Made by a program: the position numbers and the translations under genes. Shown in pieces: positions 36,111-45,510 of a DNA stretch of 64,000 nucleotides (positions within the stretch are counted from its first letter, which is position 1; each line of letters starts with the position of its first letter). The stretch is from Candidatus Rokuibacteriota bacterium. Lineage in GTDB: Bacteria; Methylomirabilota; Methylomirabilia; Rokubacteriales; CSP1-6. The stretch lies in the NCBI GenBank assembly GCA_003221695.1, contig QHSX01000039.1, positions 93,637 to 157,636 of the forward strand, read 5' to 3'. Below the pieces are notes generated by a model that was not told where the DNA came from, made no database searches, and was given only the letters and a program-made list of their open reading frames with translations.

Positions 36111-38270
36111 TCAGCGCCGCGGCGGTCGACGCGGCTGTATCCGTGTCACACGGAGCGTGGCCAGGCGTCGCCAGCGCCGGGCCTGGCCGGGTCGCCGCGC
36201 CTGCTCCCAGTGATGCGCGATGAGGGCGGCACACTCCCCGAGCCGCTCGGCAAACACCTCTTCGAGGGCTCGTGCCACCGCGGCGTGCAGCGCGATGCGC
36301 TGCTCGAGGAGTTGCGATCCATAGGCGACCTCCTGGGTGAGCGGATGGCGGAAGACGTACTCGCTCTCAGTTTCGCCGCGGATGAATTCCACATGCTCGA
36401 GCATCGCGAGCGACCTGTCGACCTCGCCGGTGGGGAGACCGACGATGGATCGTAGGATAAGCCCGGAGAAGCGCTTGCCGATGACGGCCGCGGTTTGGAG
36501 CACGAGCTTGTCGCTGTCCGCGAGAGCGTCCACGCGTGCCGCGAGTAACGACTGCACCGTGGCGGGGACGTCGAGGTCGGCAGCTGAGCTCGTCCGGCGG
36601 TACGCTCCGCGCTCCCCAGCCAGGGCGCCCGATGCGGCGAGCGCGTGTACGACCTCTTCGATGAAGAACGGATTACCCTGCGTGCGCTCGCGGATCAGCT
36701 CGCGGAGCTCGACGACGCTCGGATCGTGGCCGAGGAGGTCGCTGATCATCTCGCGCGTCGCTTCGCGCCCGAGCGGTGCGACGGAAAGCTGCTGGTAGTA
36801 CGAGCGACCCATCCATGCGGCGTGGAACTCCGGCCGGAAGTTCAACAGGAGCAATGCCCGCGTCGTGCTGGCCACGTCGGCGAGCTCCGCAAGCAGCCGT
36901 TCGCTCTGCGGGTCGATCCAGTGGGCATCGTCGAGATGGACCACGAACGCACCGGCGGCGCCGCGGGCACGGAGCAGGCGTCGGAGTAAGCCTGCGACCG
37001 CACGCTCCTGCGCGAGGGGATCTCCCGCCGGCTCTGCCGAAGATGGATCCGACACGGCGAGGAGGTCGTGGGCGAGCGGCAGCGCGTCGACGAGCGAGGG
37101 GTCGAGCGCGACGAGACGTTCCGAGATCCTCTCACGTGCCAGATCCGGCTCCGCGTCCTGATTCACGCCGAGGGCGCCACGCAGGAGCTCGCGCAGCACG
37201 CCAAGGGGAGCCGTCCGTGCGTGCGACAGGCAGTGCACCTCGACGACGGGGAGGCTGCGTGAACGACAACGCTCGACGAACTCCTGGCACAGACGGCTCT
37301 TGCCGACGCCCGCCGCGCCCACGACACCCATCGCGAGGCCGTGCCCATCGAGTGCACGTCGCAGGCCGGCGTCGAGCGCGGTCAACTCGTCGCCGCGACC
37401 GACGAACCGCGTGAGACCGCGTGCGGCTGCCGCCTGGAATCGGGTTCGTGCCGTGCCTGCCCCGATCACCTCGTAGGCGTCGACCCCTTCGCTCAGACCC
37501 TTGATGGCCAGCGGGCCAAGCGATTTGACGGTGACAAAGCCCTCCGCCAGTCGCATCGTGTCGGCGGTGACGAGAATTGAACCCGGCAGCGCCGCCTGTT
37601 CCATCCGCGCGGCGAGGTGCGTCGTCTGACCGACTGCCGTGTAATCCATGTGGAGGTCGCTTCCGATCGAGCGGACGACGACCTCGCCCGAGTGCAGGCC
37701 GATCCGGACGTGGATCGGGATGTCTTCGACGCGCTGTCTCTCGACCGCGTATCGCTTGACCGACTCTTGCATTCTCAACGCCGCGTAGCAGGCCCGCACC
37801 GCGTGATCCTCGTGGGCAAGTGGCGCGCCAAAGAGCGCCATGACCCCATCGCCCATCACCTGGTTGACCGTTCCCTCATAGCGATGCACCGCTTCCATCA
37901 TTCGTTCAAGGACAGGATCGAGAATCTTGCGCGCTTCTTCAGGGTCACGATCGGCGAGCAGCTCCATCGAGCCCTTGAGGTCGGCAAAGAGCACCGTCAC
38001 CTGCTTGCGCTCACCCTCCAGGGCGCTCTTCGACGTGAGAATCTTTTCGGCGAGGTGCTTCGGGGTGTAGGACTCCGGGACAGCGAAACGTGCCGGCCCG
38101 GGACCGGCCGCTCCAGGGGGGGCAAGGAGCACTCCGCAGCCATCGCAGAACTTGCTTCCAGCCTCCACGTCGGCACCACAGCTCGAACAGACGTGAGCGA
38201 AGGTCGCCCCGCACTCTCGGCAGAATCGTGCCGCTTCACGGTTCTCCGCTTGGCACCGGCGGCACTTCAT
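36111..38270 (-). CDS. Double zinc ribbon + class III adenylate/guanylate cyclase + AAA ATPase protein
   Basis: Four CxxC; VTVLFADLKGS, MGDGVMALFG, LAARMEQ; GAAGVGKS; FRHPLTQEVAY. Confidence 0.92.
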   Translation of the reverse strand: MKCRRCQAENREAARFCRECGATFAHVCSSCGADVEAGSKFCDGCGVLLAPPGAAGPGPARFAVPESYTPKHLAEKILTSKSALEGERKQVTVLFADLKGSMELLADRDPEEARKILDPVLERMMEAVHRYEGTVNQVMGDGVMALFGAPLAHEDHAVRACYAALRMQESVKRYAVERQRVEDIPIHVRIGLHSGEVVVRSIGSDLHMDYTAVGQTTHLAARMEQAALPGSILVTADTMRLAEGFVTVKSLGPLAIKGLSEGVDAYEVIGAGTARTRFQAAAARGLTRFVGRGDELTALDAGLRRALDGHGLAMGVVGAAGVGKSRLCQEFVERCRSRSLPVVEVHCLSHARTAPLGVLRELLRGALGVNQDAEPDLARERISERLVALDPSLVDALPLAHDLLAVSDPSSAEPAGDPLAQERAVAGLLRRLLRARGAAGAFVVHLDDAHWIDPQSERLLAELADVASTTRALLLLNFRPEFHAAWMGRSYYQQLSVAPLGREATREMISDLLGHDPSVVELRELIRERTQGNPFFIEEVVHALAASGALAGERGAYRRTSSAADLDVPATVQSLLAARVDALADSDKLVLQTAAVIGKRFSGLILRSIVGLPTGEVDRSLAMLEHVEFIRGETESEYVFRHPLTQEVAYGSQLLEQRIALHAAVARALEEVFAERLGECAALIAHHWEQARRPGQARRWRRLATLRVTRIQPRRPPRR

Positions 38271-38291
38271 GCCGAGTCGGCGACGAACCGA

Positions 38292-39329
38292 CTACCCTCG
38301 CCTGATCTCCTTGGTGACGGCCTGAGAGCTTCGACTGCTGGACCAGCCGGGGATGTAGGCCGAGAAGGCGCCGGCCCGGCCGCCGGCGGCGACCACAAGA
38401 ATCTCGTCGGGCGAGGCGACGAGGCAGCGCAGCTTCGTCTCGTCGCCGGGCTGGATCGGGCCGGCCATACGCTGCGTGCGCTTGAGATGCGCGTGGGAGT
38501 TTTGCGTGTGCTCCCAGACGAACTGTCGTATGCGCTTCTTGTCCCAGCCGTCACCGGCGATCGTCCGCATGTGCTCGCCGGCGAGCACGAGCGCGTAGTG
38601 TGGCTGCCCCATCACGTTCCCCGAGATCCGCATGTCGTCGCACAACGTGGTGAGCACCCCTTCGGCGGTGTTGGAGAGCTGGTTGTAGAACTGGTGGGGC
38701 GCCTCCGCCGCCATCACGGTGACCGTGGACTGGTCGGCGCGAAAGCCGCGCTCGACGTGGAGCGGGGTCCACGGACTCTCCGCCTCGTTCTCCGCGATCA
38801 CGTACGAGAGCTTGCCCGGGTGGCCGAGGGTTCCGCGATCGAGCGTCCCGGGCATGGAGCCGCAGACGTTTCGCATCACGAGACGCACCGCGCGGCCGAT
38901 CGTGAGGTTCGCGCGCCAGCCGGGGCCGAAGAGGTTGTCGCCCGCGTTGACGTCGAGCTCGCGGGCGATCGGCCCGTTGACGATCATCAGCACGCCCGCG
39001 CCCGCCGTGGACGTCCCGGGGCCGTGGTAGCTCCAGCGTGGGTCGGCGATCCCCTCGACCGCCGCGACGACCACGGGCATGAAGTCGGGCGTGCAGCCCG
39101 CCATCACCGCATTGATCGCGACCTTCTCCGCCGTGATCGAGACCGCACGATGGGCGACGAAGCCGATCTCCTGCGTCGGGTCGAGCCGCGCACCCGCCAG
39201 CATCGCGCCGACGCGGTCGGCTGTCGGCGGTACGGCGGGCAAGCCGTCGGTCCAGCCCTGCCGGAAGCAGAACTCGATGGCGTCGCCGTCTTCGACTTGG
39301 TGGCGCGTGGCGGTGAGCTGAGCCGGCAT
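38292..39329 (-). CDS. UGSC-associated uncharacterised protein (GWTDGLPxxPPT family), stand-alone
   Basis: GWTDGLPAVPPT, AINAVMAGC, RANLTIGRAVRL, TLGHPGK, AENEAESPWTPLHVERGF; paralogous to the C-terminal part of the adjacent fusion gene. Confidence 0.85.
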   Translation of the reverse strand: MPAQLTATRHQVEDGDAIEFCFRQGWTDGLPAVPPTADRVGAMLAGARLDPTQEIGFVAHRAVSITAEKVAINAVMAGCTPDFMPVVVAAVEGIADPRWSYHGPGTSTAGAGVLMIVNGPIARELDVNAGDNLFGPGWRANLTIGRAVRLVMRNVCGSMPGTLDRGTLGHPGKLSYVIAENEAESPWTPLHVERGFRADQSTVTVMAAEAPHQFYNQLSNTAEGVLTTLCDDMRISGNVMGQPHYALVLAGEHMRTIAGDGWDKKRIRQFVWEHTQNSHAHLKRTQRMAGPIQPGDETKLRCLVASPDEILVVAAGGRAGAFSAYIPGWSSSRSSQAVTKEIRRG

Positions 39330-39450
39330 GTCGTCCTCCCCTTTGCGGTTGGCGCCACGCTACCACCGCGGCGACCGCAGGTGCAACTGGAAGGCGTGGC
39401 GCCGGGCGACCGCGGGCCCGGCGGCGCTCGATCGGATGCCCGCCTGTCGC

Positions 39451-41040
39451 TCAGTCGCCGATGGTGACGGTGACCGAGCGCGTGGCCCCGAAGGTCGGGA
39501 TGATCGCGGAATGTTTGCCCGGCCCTCCGGCGACGATCACCATGAGGTCGTCCGGGCTGGCGCAGAGCGCCACGTCCTCCGCGAGGAGCCGTCCCCTGAA
39601 GCGCTCGGGGTCGATCACCCCGAAGCGCTGGCGATTCTCCGGACTGAAGCGGTCGAGCCTCACGCGGGCGCGCTCCCAGATCGCCCGCTTGACGTCGGCC
39701 TTGGACCAGCCCGAGTCCGCGAACGTTCGCGCGTGCTCTGGGCCGAGGACGACGAGCGGCTCACCGCCGAGATAGACGTCGTTGCTCCCCGTCGTCGCCG
39801 CGGTGCCCGCGATCGCGAAGAGGAGCGCCTCGGCACTCGTCGAGCCGTGGTCGTTCACGTTGTGGGGCGCCTCCGAGCCGCACACGGTGACGCAACTCTC
39901 CGTCGCCCCGAACCCACGCTCGACGTGGAGCGGCGCCCACGGGCTCTCCGCCTCGTTCTCGGCCAGGCAGTACGAGTACTTCCCCGGATGGCCGAGTGTC
40001 GCCCGGTCCTCCCGTCCCGGCCGCGCGCCGCCGATATTCTGGAGGGTCAGGCGCACGGCGCGACCGATCACCGCGTTGGCGCGGTGGCCCTGGCCGAGCG
40101 CATTGGCGCCGGCGTTGATCGCGAGGTACCTCACGATCGGACCGTTGACGATGAGGAGTGGCGTGCACGGGTGCGTCGTCGTCTGGATCGCGTTCAGGTT
40201 GAAGCGCGGGTCGGCGAGCGCGCGGATCGCGGCGACGACGACCGGCAGGTGCTCGGGCAGGGCGCCCGCCAGCGCAAGGTTGGCCGCGATCGTCTCCAAG
40301 GTCGCCACGCCCCGGCGGGGTGCCAGCGTCGCGATCACCTCGGCGCGACGGGCCGCGAGGGCGCCGAGGATGCGCTCGACGCGCTCCGCCGTCGGTGGGA
40401 GCACGGGCATCCCGTCCGACCAGCCCTCGGTGAGGGCGAAGTCCTGGAAGAGGTCGATGTCCGCCGGCGCCCTGGCGATCGTGGTGGGGGTGGCCGACGT
40501 CAGCGCAGGCGGCGCGGGGTCGCGCGTGAGCGCGGCGATCACGCGATCGACGGCGTCGTCGGCCTTCGCGCGGGCGAGCTTCGGGTCGATACCCCCGAGC
40601 GGGTGCGGCACCGCGACGAGCCGGAGGTGCGGCACGCCGAGCGCCGCCGCGGCGGCCTCGGCGAGCGAGGCGAAGGCGTCGGTGCCCAGCACGGCGACCG
40701 GGACGCCGCGCGCCTCGATCTCCGCCGCGTCGTGGAAACTCCACGACGTGCAGGACCCTCAGTCGGCGGAGCCTGTGAGGACGACGTCCGACCCGGCGAC
40801 GACCTCGGCGATCACCGTCGCGGGGCGTGACGCGCCTGGCTTCCGCCATACGGTGACCGGCCCGGCGCCCGCGCGCTCGACGAGCAGCTCCGCGACCCGG
40901 CCGAGCAGCACCTCGGCGTTGGGCTTCGAGTTGTCGAGGATGCCGACGCGGAGGCCGGCGAGGCTCCCGCCGCGCCGTGCGGGCGGCTTGACCTCGCCGG
41001 TCGTGGCGCCGAGCGGGCTCAGGACGTCGACGCGGCTCAT
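39451..41040 (-). CDS. Fusion of a UGSC selenoprotein domain and a GWSDGMPxxPPT partner domain (529 aa)
   Basis: MSRVDVLSP...LDNSKPNA...LTGSAD-U(TGA 40761-40759)-GSCTSWSFHDAAEIEARGVPV...VPHPLGG, a Pro/Thr linker, then GWSDGMPVLPPT...AENEAESPWAPLHVERGF. Confidence 0.9.
40728..40748 (-). promoter_or_regulatory. Putative SECIS (UGSC fusion)
   Basis: Perfect CGTCGTGGA-GTT-TCCACGACG hairpin 10 nt after the UGA. Confidence 0.8.
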
Positions 41041-42212
41041 CGCCCGGGAGTATAAGCCCGCGCGCGGCCGACCGCGAGGCCGGCCACCGCCGCGCCTGCG
41101 ACCGCGAGGGCGGCGAGCGTGAGTGCCTCGGCGAACGCCGGCTGGAGGCCGACGACCGCCCGGCGCGCGGCGAAGACCGCCGCGAGGATCGTGACGCCCG
41201 TGACGACACCGACCGTCCGCGCCAGGAACGTGAGCCCTCCTGCCGCGCCCGCGTGGCGCGCGGGGAACGCCGCCATCACGCTCGCCATGTTCGGCACCTG
41301 GAAGAGGCCGAGCCCGAACCCGGCCGCGCCGAGCGCGAGCGCGACCGCGGCGAGCGGCGTCGCCGCATCAGCGCGGCTCAGCGCGCCGAGCCCGACCGCC
41401 TCGAGGGCGAGCCCCGCCACCATCGGCGCGCGGGCGCCCAGGCGATCGTTGAGCCACCCCGCGAACGGGGCCGCCGCCGCGGTGCCGAGCGGCGTCAGCA
41501 TGAAGAGCACGCCGCCTGCCGAGGCCGACAGGCCCCGCACGCCGACGATGTAGAAGGGCGCCAGGAGCCAGATCGCGAAGATCGCTCCGTTGGCGACGAA
41601 GGACAGCCCGCTCGCGGTGAGGACCGGGGAGCGCAGGACGTCGCGCGCCGCGACGAGCGGGTGCGTGGATGCGCGCTCCCCGCGCCAGCGCACCAGCAGC
41701 GCCCAGGCGAGCGCGGCGAGCCCCGCCGGGACGCGCGCATGGAAGACCGCGCGCCAGCCGAGGGCGTCGATCAGGACGCCCGCGAGCACGGGCCCGGACG
41801 CGAAGCCGAGACCGATCGCCGCGTTGAGGAAACCGAGCCGGCGGCCGTGCAGGGACGCGGCGGCGCCGAGCGTTGCGAGCGCGGGCGCCGTGCCGTAGAC
41901 GAGCCCCCCCGCGACCCCCTGCACCGCGCGCCCGACGAGGAGGAGAGGGAAGCTCGGCGCGAGACCGCAGAGGGCGAAACCGGCGACGGAGAGGGCAAGC
42001 CCCGCGCGGAACACGGGCACGTGGCCGATACGATCCGCCGCCGCGCCGGCGACGAACGACATGACGGCGTAGCTGCCGGTGTAGCAGATGATGACCCAGC
42101 GCACCCGCTCGGGCGGGGCGCCGAAGGCGGCGGCCATCGCCGGAAACGCGATGTTGACCATGGAGTCGAGCGAGACGACGAAGGCGCCCGCAGCCGCGAC
42201 CCAGCGCACCAT
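41037..42212 (-). CDS. MFS transporter (DHA-like)
   Basis: LDSMVNIAFP, GAAADRIG, GRAVQGVAGG; its stop overlaps the ATG of the UGSC fusion (ATGA). Confidence 0.88.
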   Translation of the reverse strand: MVRWVAAAGAFVVSLDSMVNIAFPAMAAAFGAPPERVRWVIICYTGSYAVMSFVAGAAADRIGHVPVFRAGLALSVAGFALCGLAPSFPLLLVGRAVQGVAGGLVYGTAPALATLGAAASLHGRRLGFLNAAIGLGFASGPVLAGVLIDALGWRAVFHARVPAGLAALAWALLVRWRGERASTHPLVAARDVLRSPVLTASGLSFVANGAIFAIWLLAPFYIVGVRGLSASAGGVLFMLTPLGTAAAAPFAGWLNDRLGARAPMVAGLALEAVGLGALSRADAATPLAAVALALGAAGFGLGLFQVPNMASVMAAFPARHAGAAGGLTFLARTVGVVTGVTILAAVFAARRAVVGLQPAFAEALTLAALAVAGAAVAGLAVGRARAYTPGR

Positions 42213-42296
42213 GCGCCGCGTATCATGACACGGCTTGCGGTTCCCGCTCGTTCCGGCAGTGCGAGCCGCAGGCGAGGCGAGTCTATAATCCTCATC

Positions 42297-42695
42297 ATGG
42301 ACCTCGAGCCCGGCGCCACCGCCGAAGTCACCACGACCGTCGGCCCTGACCGCACGGCGCACGCCATGGGGAACCACGGCGTCCACGTCTTCGCCACGCC
42401 CTTCGTCATCGGGCTCCTCGAGGACGCCGCGGCCGCGGTGCTCCGGCCCCACCTGCCGCCGGGCGCGGGCACGGTCGGCACGATGGTCGAGATGAAGCAC
42501 CTCGCGGCGACGCCGGTGGGCATGAAGGCGCGCGCCAAGGCGACGCTGCTCGAGACCGACGGCAAGCGGTTTCTCTTCGCCGTCGAGGCGTGGGACGAGA
42601 AGGACAAGATCGCCGAGGGGCGACACGAGCGGTTCGTCGTCCCGGACCTCCAGAAGTTCCTCGCGCGCGCCATGGGCAAGAAGGCCGGCGGCTGA
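42297..42695 (+). CDS. Fluoroacetyl-CoA thioesterase (FlK)-like hotdog thioesterase
   Basis: VFATP, LEDAA, TVGT...HLAATPVG, GRHERF; TATAAT 7 nt upstream. Confidence 0.88.
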   Translation: MDLEPGATAEVTTTVGPDRTAHAMGNHGVHVFATPFVIGLLEDAAAAVLRPHLPPGAGTVGTMVEMKHLAATPVGMKARAKATLLETDGKRFLFAVEAWDEKDKIAEGRHERFVVPDLQKFLARAMGKKAGG

Positions 42696-43150
42696 TGCCG
42701 ATCCAGGTCAACACGTCCGTCGTCGGCAAGGAGTACCCGCCCTTCCCGGTGACGGTGGAGCGCGGGAAGATCAAGGACTTCGCGCGAGCCATCGGCGATC
42801 TGAATCCGTTCTATCTGGACGATCGAGTCGGAGCGGCCTCCGAGTGGGGCGATGTGATAGCGCCGCCGACCTTTGCCGTGACCTTCCGCGACGAGCGCGC
42901 GGACGCGGGCGCGCTGCTCCGCGATCTCGGCGTCGACATCGCGCGCGTGCTCCACGGCGAGCAGGAGTTCGAGATCGTCCGGCAGCTCACCCCGGGTGAG
43001 ACGTACCTCTGCCGGACGAAGGTCGTGGACATCTACGAGAAGACCGGCAAGAGCGGCCCCATGGCGTTCGTCGTTCGTGAGACCGCGATCACCGACCGGA
43101 CGAACGAGATCGTCGCCACCATGCGAAACGTCATGGTGATCCGGCTCTGA
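42695..43150 (+). CDS. MaoC-like dehydratase N-terminal (HadA-like) subunit
   Basis: VERGKIKDFARAIGD.NP, IAPPTF, VLHGEQEF. Confidence 0.88.
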   Translation: MPIQVNTSVVGKEYPPFPVTVERGKIKDFARAIGDLNPFYLDDRVGAASEWGDVIAPPTFAVTFRDERADAGALLRDLGVDIARVLHGEQEFEIVRQLTPGETYLCRTKVVDIYEKTGKSGPMAFVVRETAITDRTNEIVATMRNVMVIRL

Positions 43151-43157
43151 CGGGCCG

Positions 43158-43592
43158 ATGAAGTACGCGAAGGTCTCCTTCGAGGACGTCACGGTCGGCG
43201 ACGAGCTGCCGCCGCTCCACAAGGGCCCGATCGAGCAGATCCAGCTCACCCGCTACGCCGGTGCCTCGGGCGACTTCAACCCGATCCATCAGGACGACGC
43301 GTTCGCGCGGGCGGCCGGCATGGGCGGCGTCTTCGCGCACGGCATGCTGTCGATGGGCTTCGTCGCCCAGGCGCTGACCGACTGGGCGGGCGTCGGCACC
43401 GTGCGCAAGCTCGGCGTCCGCTTCGCCGCGCTCGTGCGGCTCCGAGACGTCGTGACCTGCCGGGGGCGCGTCCTCGCGAAGTCGTCGAAGGACGACGTCC
43501 ACACGGTCGAGCTCGAGGTGTGGGCGGAGAATCAGCGCGGTGAGAAGGTCGTCTCCGGGCGGGCGACCCTCGCCCTCGCCGCACGCGCCTGA
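43158..43592 (+). CDS. MaoC-family dehydratase (HadB-like)
   Basis: YAGASGDFNPIH, AHGMLSMG. Confidence 0.9.
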   Translation: MKYAKVSFEDVTVGDELPPLHKGPIEQIQLTRYAGASGDFNPIHQDDAFARAAGMGGVFAHGMLSMGFVAQALTDWAGVGTVRKLGVRFAALVRLRDVVTCRGRVLAKSSKDDVHTVELEVWAENQRGEKVVSGRATLALAARA

Positions 43593-43598
43593 CCCCGA

Positions 43599-44144
43599 CT
43601 AGCCCCCGGGCACCTCGCCCCGCGCGGCGACCCACTCACGGAGCGCGTCGCGCGTGGACGGGAACGCGAGCTCCCCCCACGGGATCTCGGCCGGCCGCAT
43701 CCACTCGAGCGCGTCGTTCTCGTCGCACGTCGTCAGCGCGCCGCCGGTGACGCGCGCCCGGTAGACGACGATCACGGGCGCCCCCGGATACGTGTACACG
43801 TTGTGCAGCCCCGTGAGGTCCACCTTGAGGCCCGTCTCCTCGAACGTCTCCCGCACGGCGGCGTCGGTCACGCTCTCGCCGAAATCGACGAAGCCGCCGG
43901 GGAACGTCCAGAGTCCGCGCCCGGGATTGATCGATCGGCGCGTCAATAAAATCGTGCCATCCTGCTCGGGGAGCGTGGCGCCAACGACCTTTGGGTTCAG
44001 GTAGAAGACGAACCGGCAGCGCGAGCACACGTGCTGCTCGCGCTGGTCCGGCGGGACCGGCTCGCGGACGGTCGGGGCGCCGCAGAGCGGGCAGAAGCGG
44101 ACCGTGTGCGGCCCGAGGACGCCTGGCGCGGGGTCGTCGCTCAC
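43599..44144 (-). CDS. NUDIX hydrolase with N-terminal zinc ribbon
   Basis: FCPLCG, CSRC, PGGFVDFGESVTDAAVRETFEETG. Confidence 0.92.
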   Translation of the reverse strand: MSDDPAPGVLGPHTVRFCPLCGAPTVREPVPPDQREQHVCSRCRFVFYLNPKVVGATLPEQDGTILLTRRSINPGRGLWTFPGGFVDFGESVTDAAVRETFEETGLKVDLTGLHNVYTYPGAPVIVVYRARVTGGALTTCDENDALEWMRPAEIPWGELAFPSTRDALREWVAARGEVPGG

Positions 44145-44247
44145 GTGCCCGAGTCTAGCACCGCGGCCTACCTTGACACTCGACGCGGCCGGGTGCTACA
44201 ACCCGGCCGTCGCCTCGAAGCGGCTCCGACAAACCAGGAGGTTCCGT

Positions 44248-45510
44248 ATGCGTCGCCGGACCATCGTCGTCACCACGCTCGCCGTCGTCCTCGGCGCCAG
44301 CGTCGCCCACGGCGAGACGCTCTCGGGCGAGTACAAGGTCGGCGTGCTCGAGCCTCTCACCGGCGCGCTCGCGGGCGAGGGCAAGCGCCACCTCGAGGGG
44401 TACGAGATCGTACGCGACCTGATCAACGAGCGCGGCGGCGTCATGGGCAAGAAGCTCGTGTTCGTGGTGGCCGACGCCCCCGACCCCACCGCCGCGGCGA
44501 GCGAGGCGAACCGCCTGATCACGCGCGAAGGGGTGAAGATCATCACCGGCACGTTCTCGTCGCGGCTCTGCGGCGCGGCGAGCGAAGCGGCTGCGCGTCA
44601 CGACGTCATCTACTGGGAGACCTCGTGCGTCGACCCGCGGTTCAACAAGCGCGGCCTCGCGACCGTCTTTCGCACCGAGATCGATGCCACCGGCTTCGGC
44701 TGGTACAACATCGAGTTCATCGCCAAGCACCTCGCCCCCCGCTTCAACCTGAAGCCGAACCAGCTCAAGATCGCCTTCCTCTCGGAGGACTCCTCGTACG
44801 GCCAGGGCGTGACGGAGTCGGCGCGGCTCCGGGCGAAGCAGGAGTTCGGGATGCAGGAGGTGGCGGCCGAGTACTACTCCTTCACCTCCATCAACGACTT
44901 CACGCCGATCATCACCCGGTTCAAGCAGCTCAACCCCGACGTGGTCCACCACATCGGCTACACCAACGACGCGCCGCTCTTCTGGCGCCAGGCCCGCGAG
45001 CAGAACTTCCTCTTCAAGGCGCTCGTCCACGCGGGCGCGACCGGGTACGGCTCACCCGACTTCGGCCGGGCCCTCGGCAACGACGCCAACGGCGTCTTCG
45101 CGCTGCTCGAGCCGGGCCCCGGTTTCCGCCTCGAGGCGCTCAAGCCCGAGGGCCAGAAGCTCGAACGCGAGTTCCGCGAGGCCGTCCAGAAGCGGACCGG
45201 CTCCTACCCGCTCGGTGGCCACCAGCTCGCCGGGAGCGGGCTCTGGCTCCTCAAGGTCGTGCTCGATCGGGCGAAGAGCGACGACCTCGCCAAGTTCCGC
45301 GACGCCGTGATGTCGCTCGATCTCCCCGTCGGCTCGATGATCAACGGCTGGGGCGTGAAGTTCGATGCGAACGGCCAGAATTCGAACGCGCGGGTCCAGC
45401 ACTACATGCTCCAGTGGCAGAACGGCCAGCTCGTCACGGTCTGGCCGGAGGAGTTCACGACGAACCGGGCGAAGTGGATTCCGCTCGGCGCCTGGGACGC
45501 GCGCAAATAG
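44248..45510 (+). CDS. Branched-chain amino acid-type ABC substrate-binding protein
   Basis: AGGAGG RBS; signal peptide; VGVLEPLTG, INERGGVMGKKL, LQWQNG. Confidence 0.9.
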   Translation: MRRRTIVVTTLAVVLGASVAHGETLSGEYKVGVLEPLTGALAGEGKRHLEGYEIVRDLINERGGVMGKKLVFVVADAPDPTAAASEANRLITREGVKIITGTFSSRLCGAASEAAARHDVIYWETSCVDPRFNKRGLATVFRTEIDATGFGWYNIEFIAKHLAPRFNLKPNQLKIAFLSEDSSYGQGVTESARLRAKQEFGMQEVAAEYYSFTSINDFTPIITRFKQLNPDVVHHIGYTNDAPLFWRQAREQNFLFKALVHAGATGYGSPDFGRALGNDANGVFALLEPGPGFRLEALKPEGQKLEREFREAVQKRTGSYPLGGHQLAGSGLWLLKVVLDRAKSDDLAKFRDAVMSLDLPVGSMINGWGVKFDANGQNSNARVQHYMLQWQNGQLVTVWPEEFTTNRAKWIPLGAWDARK

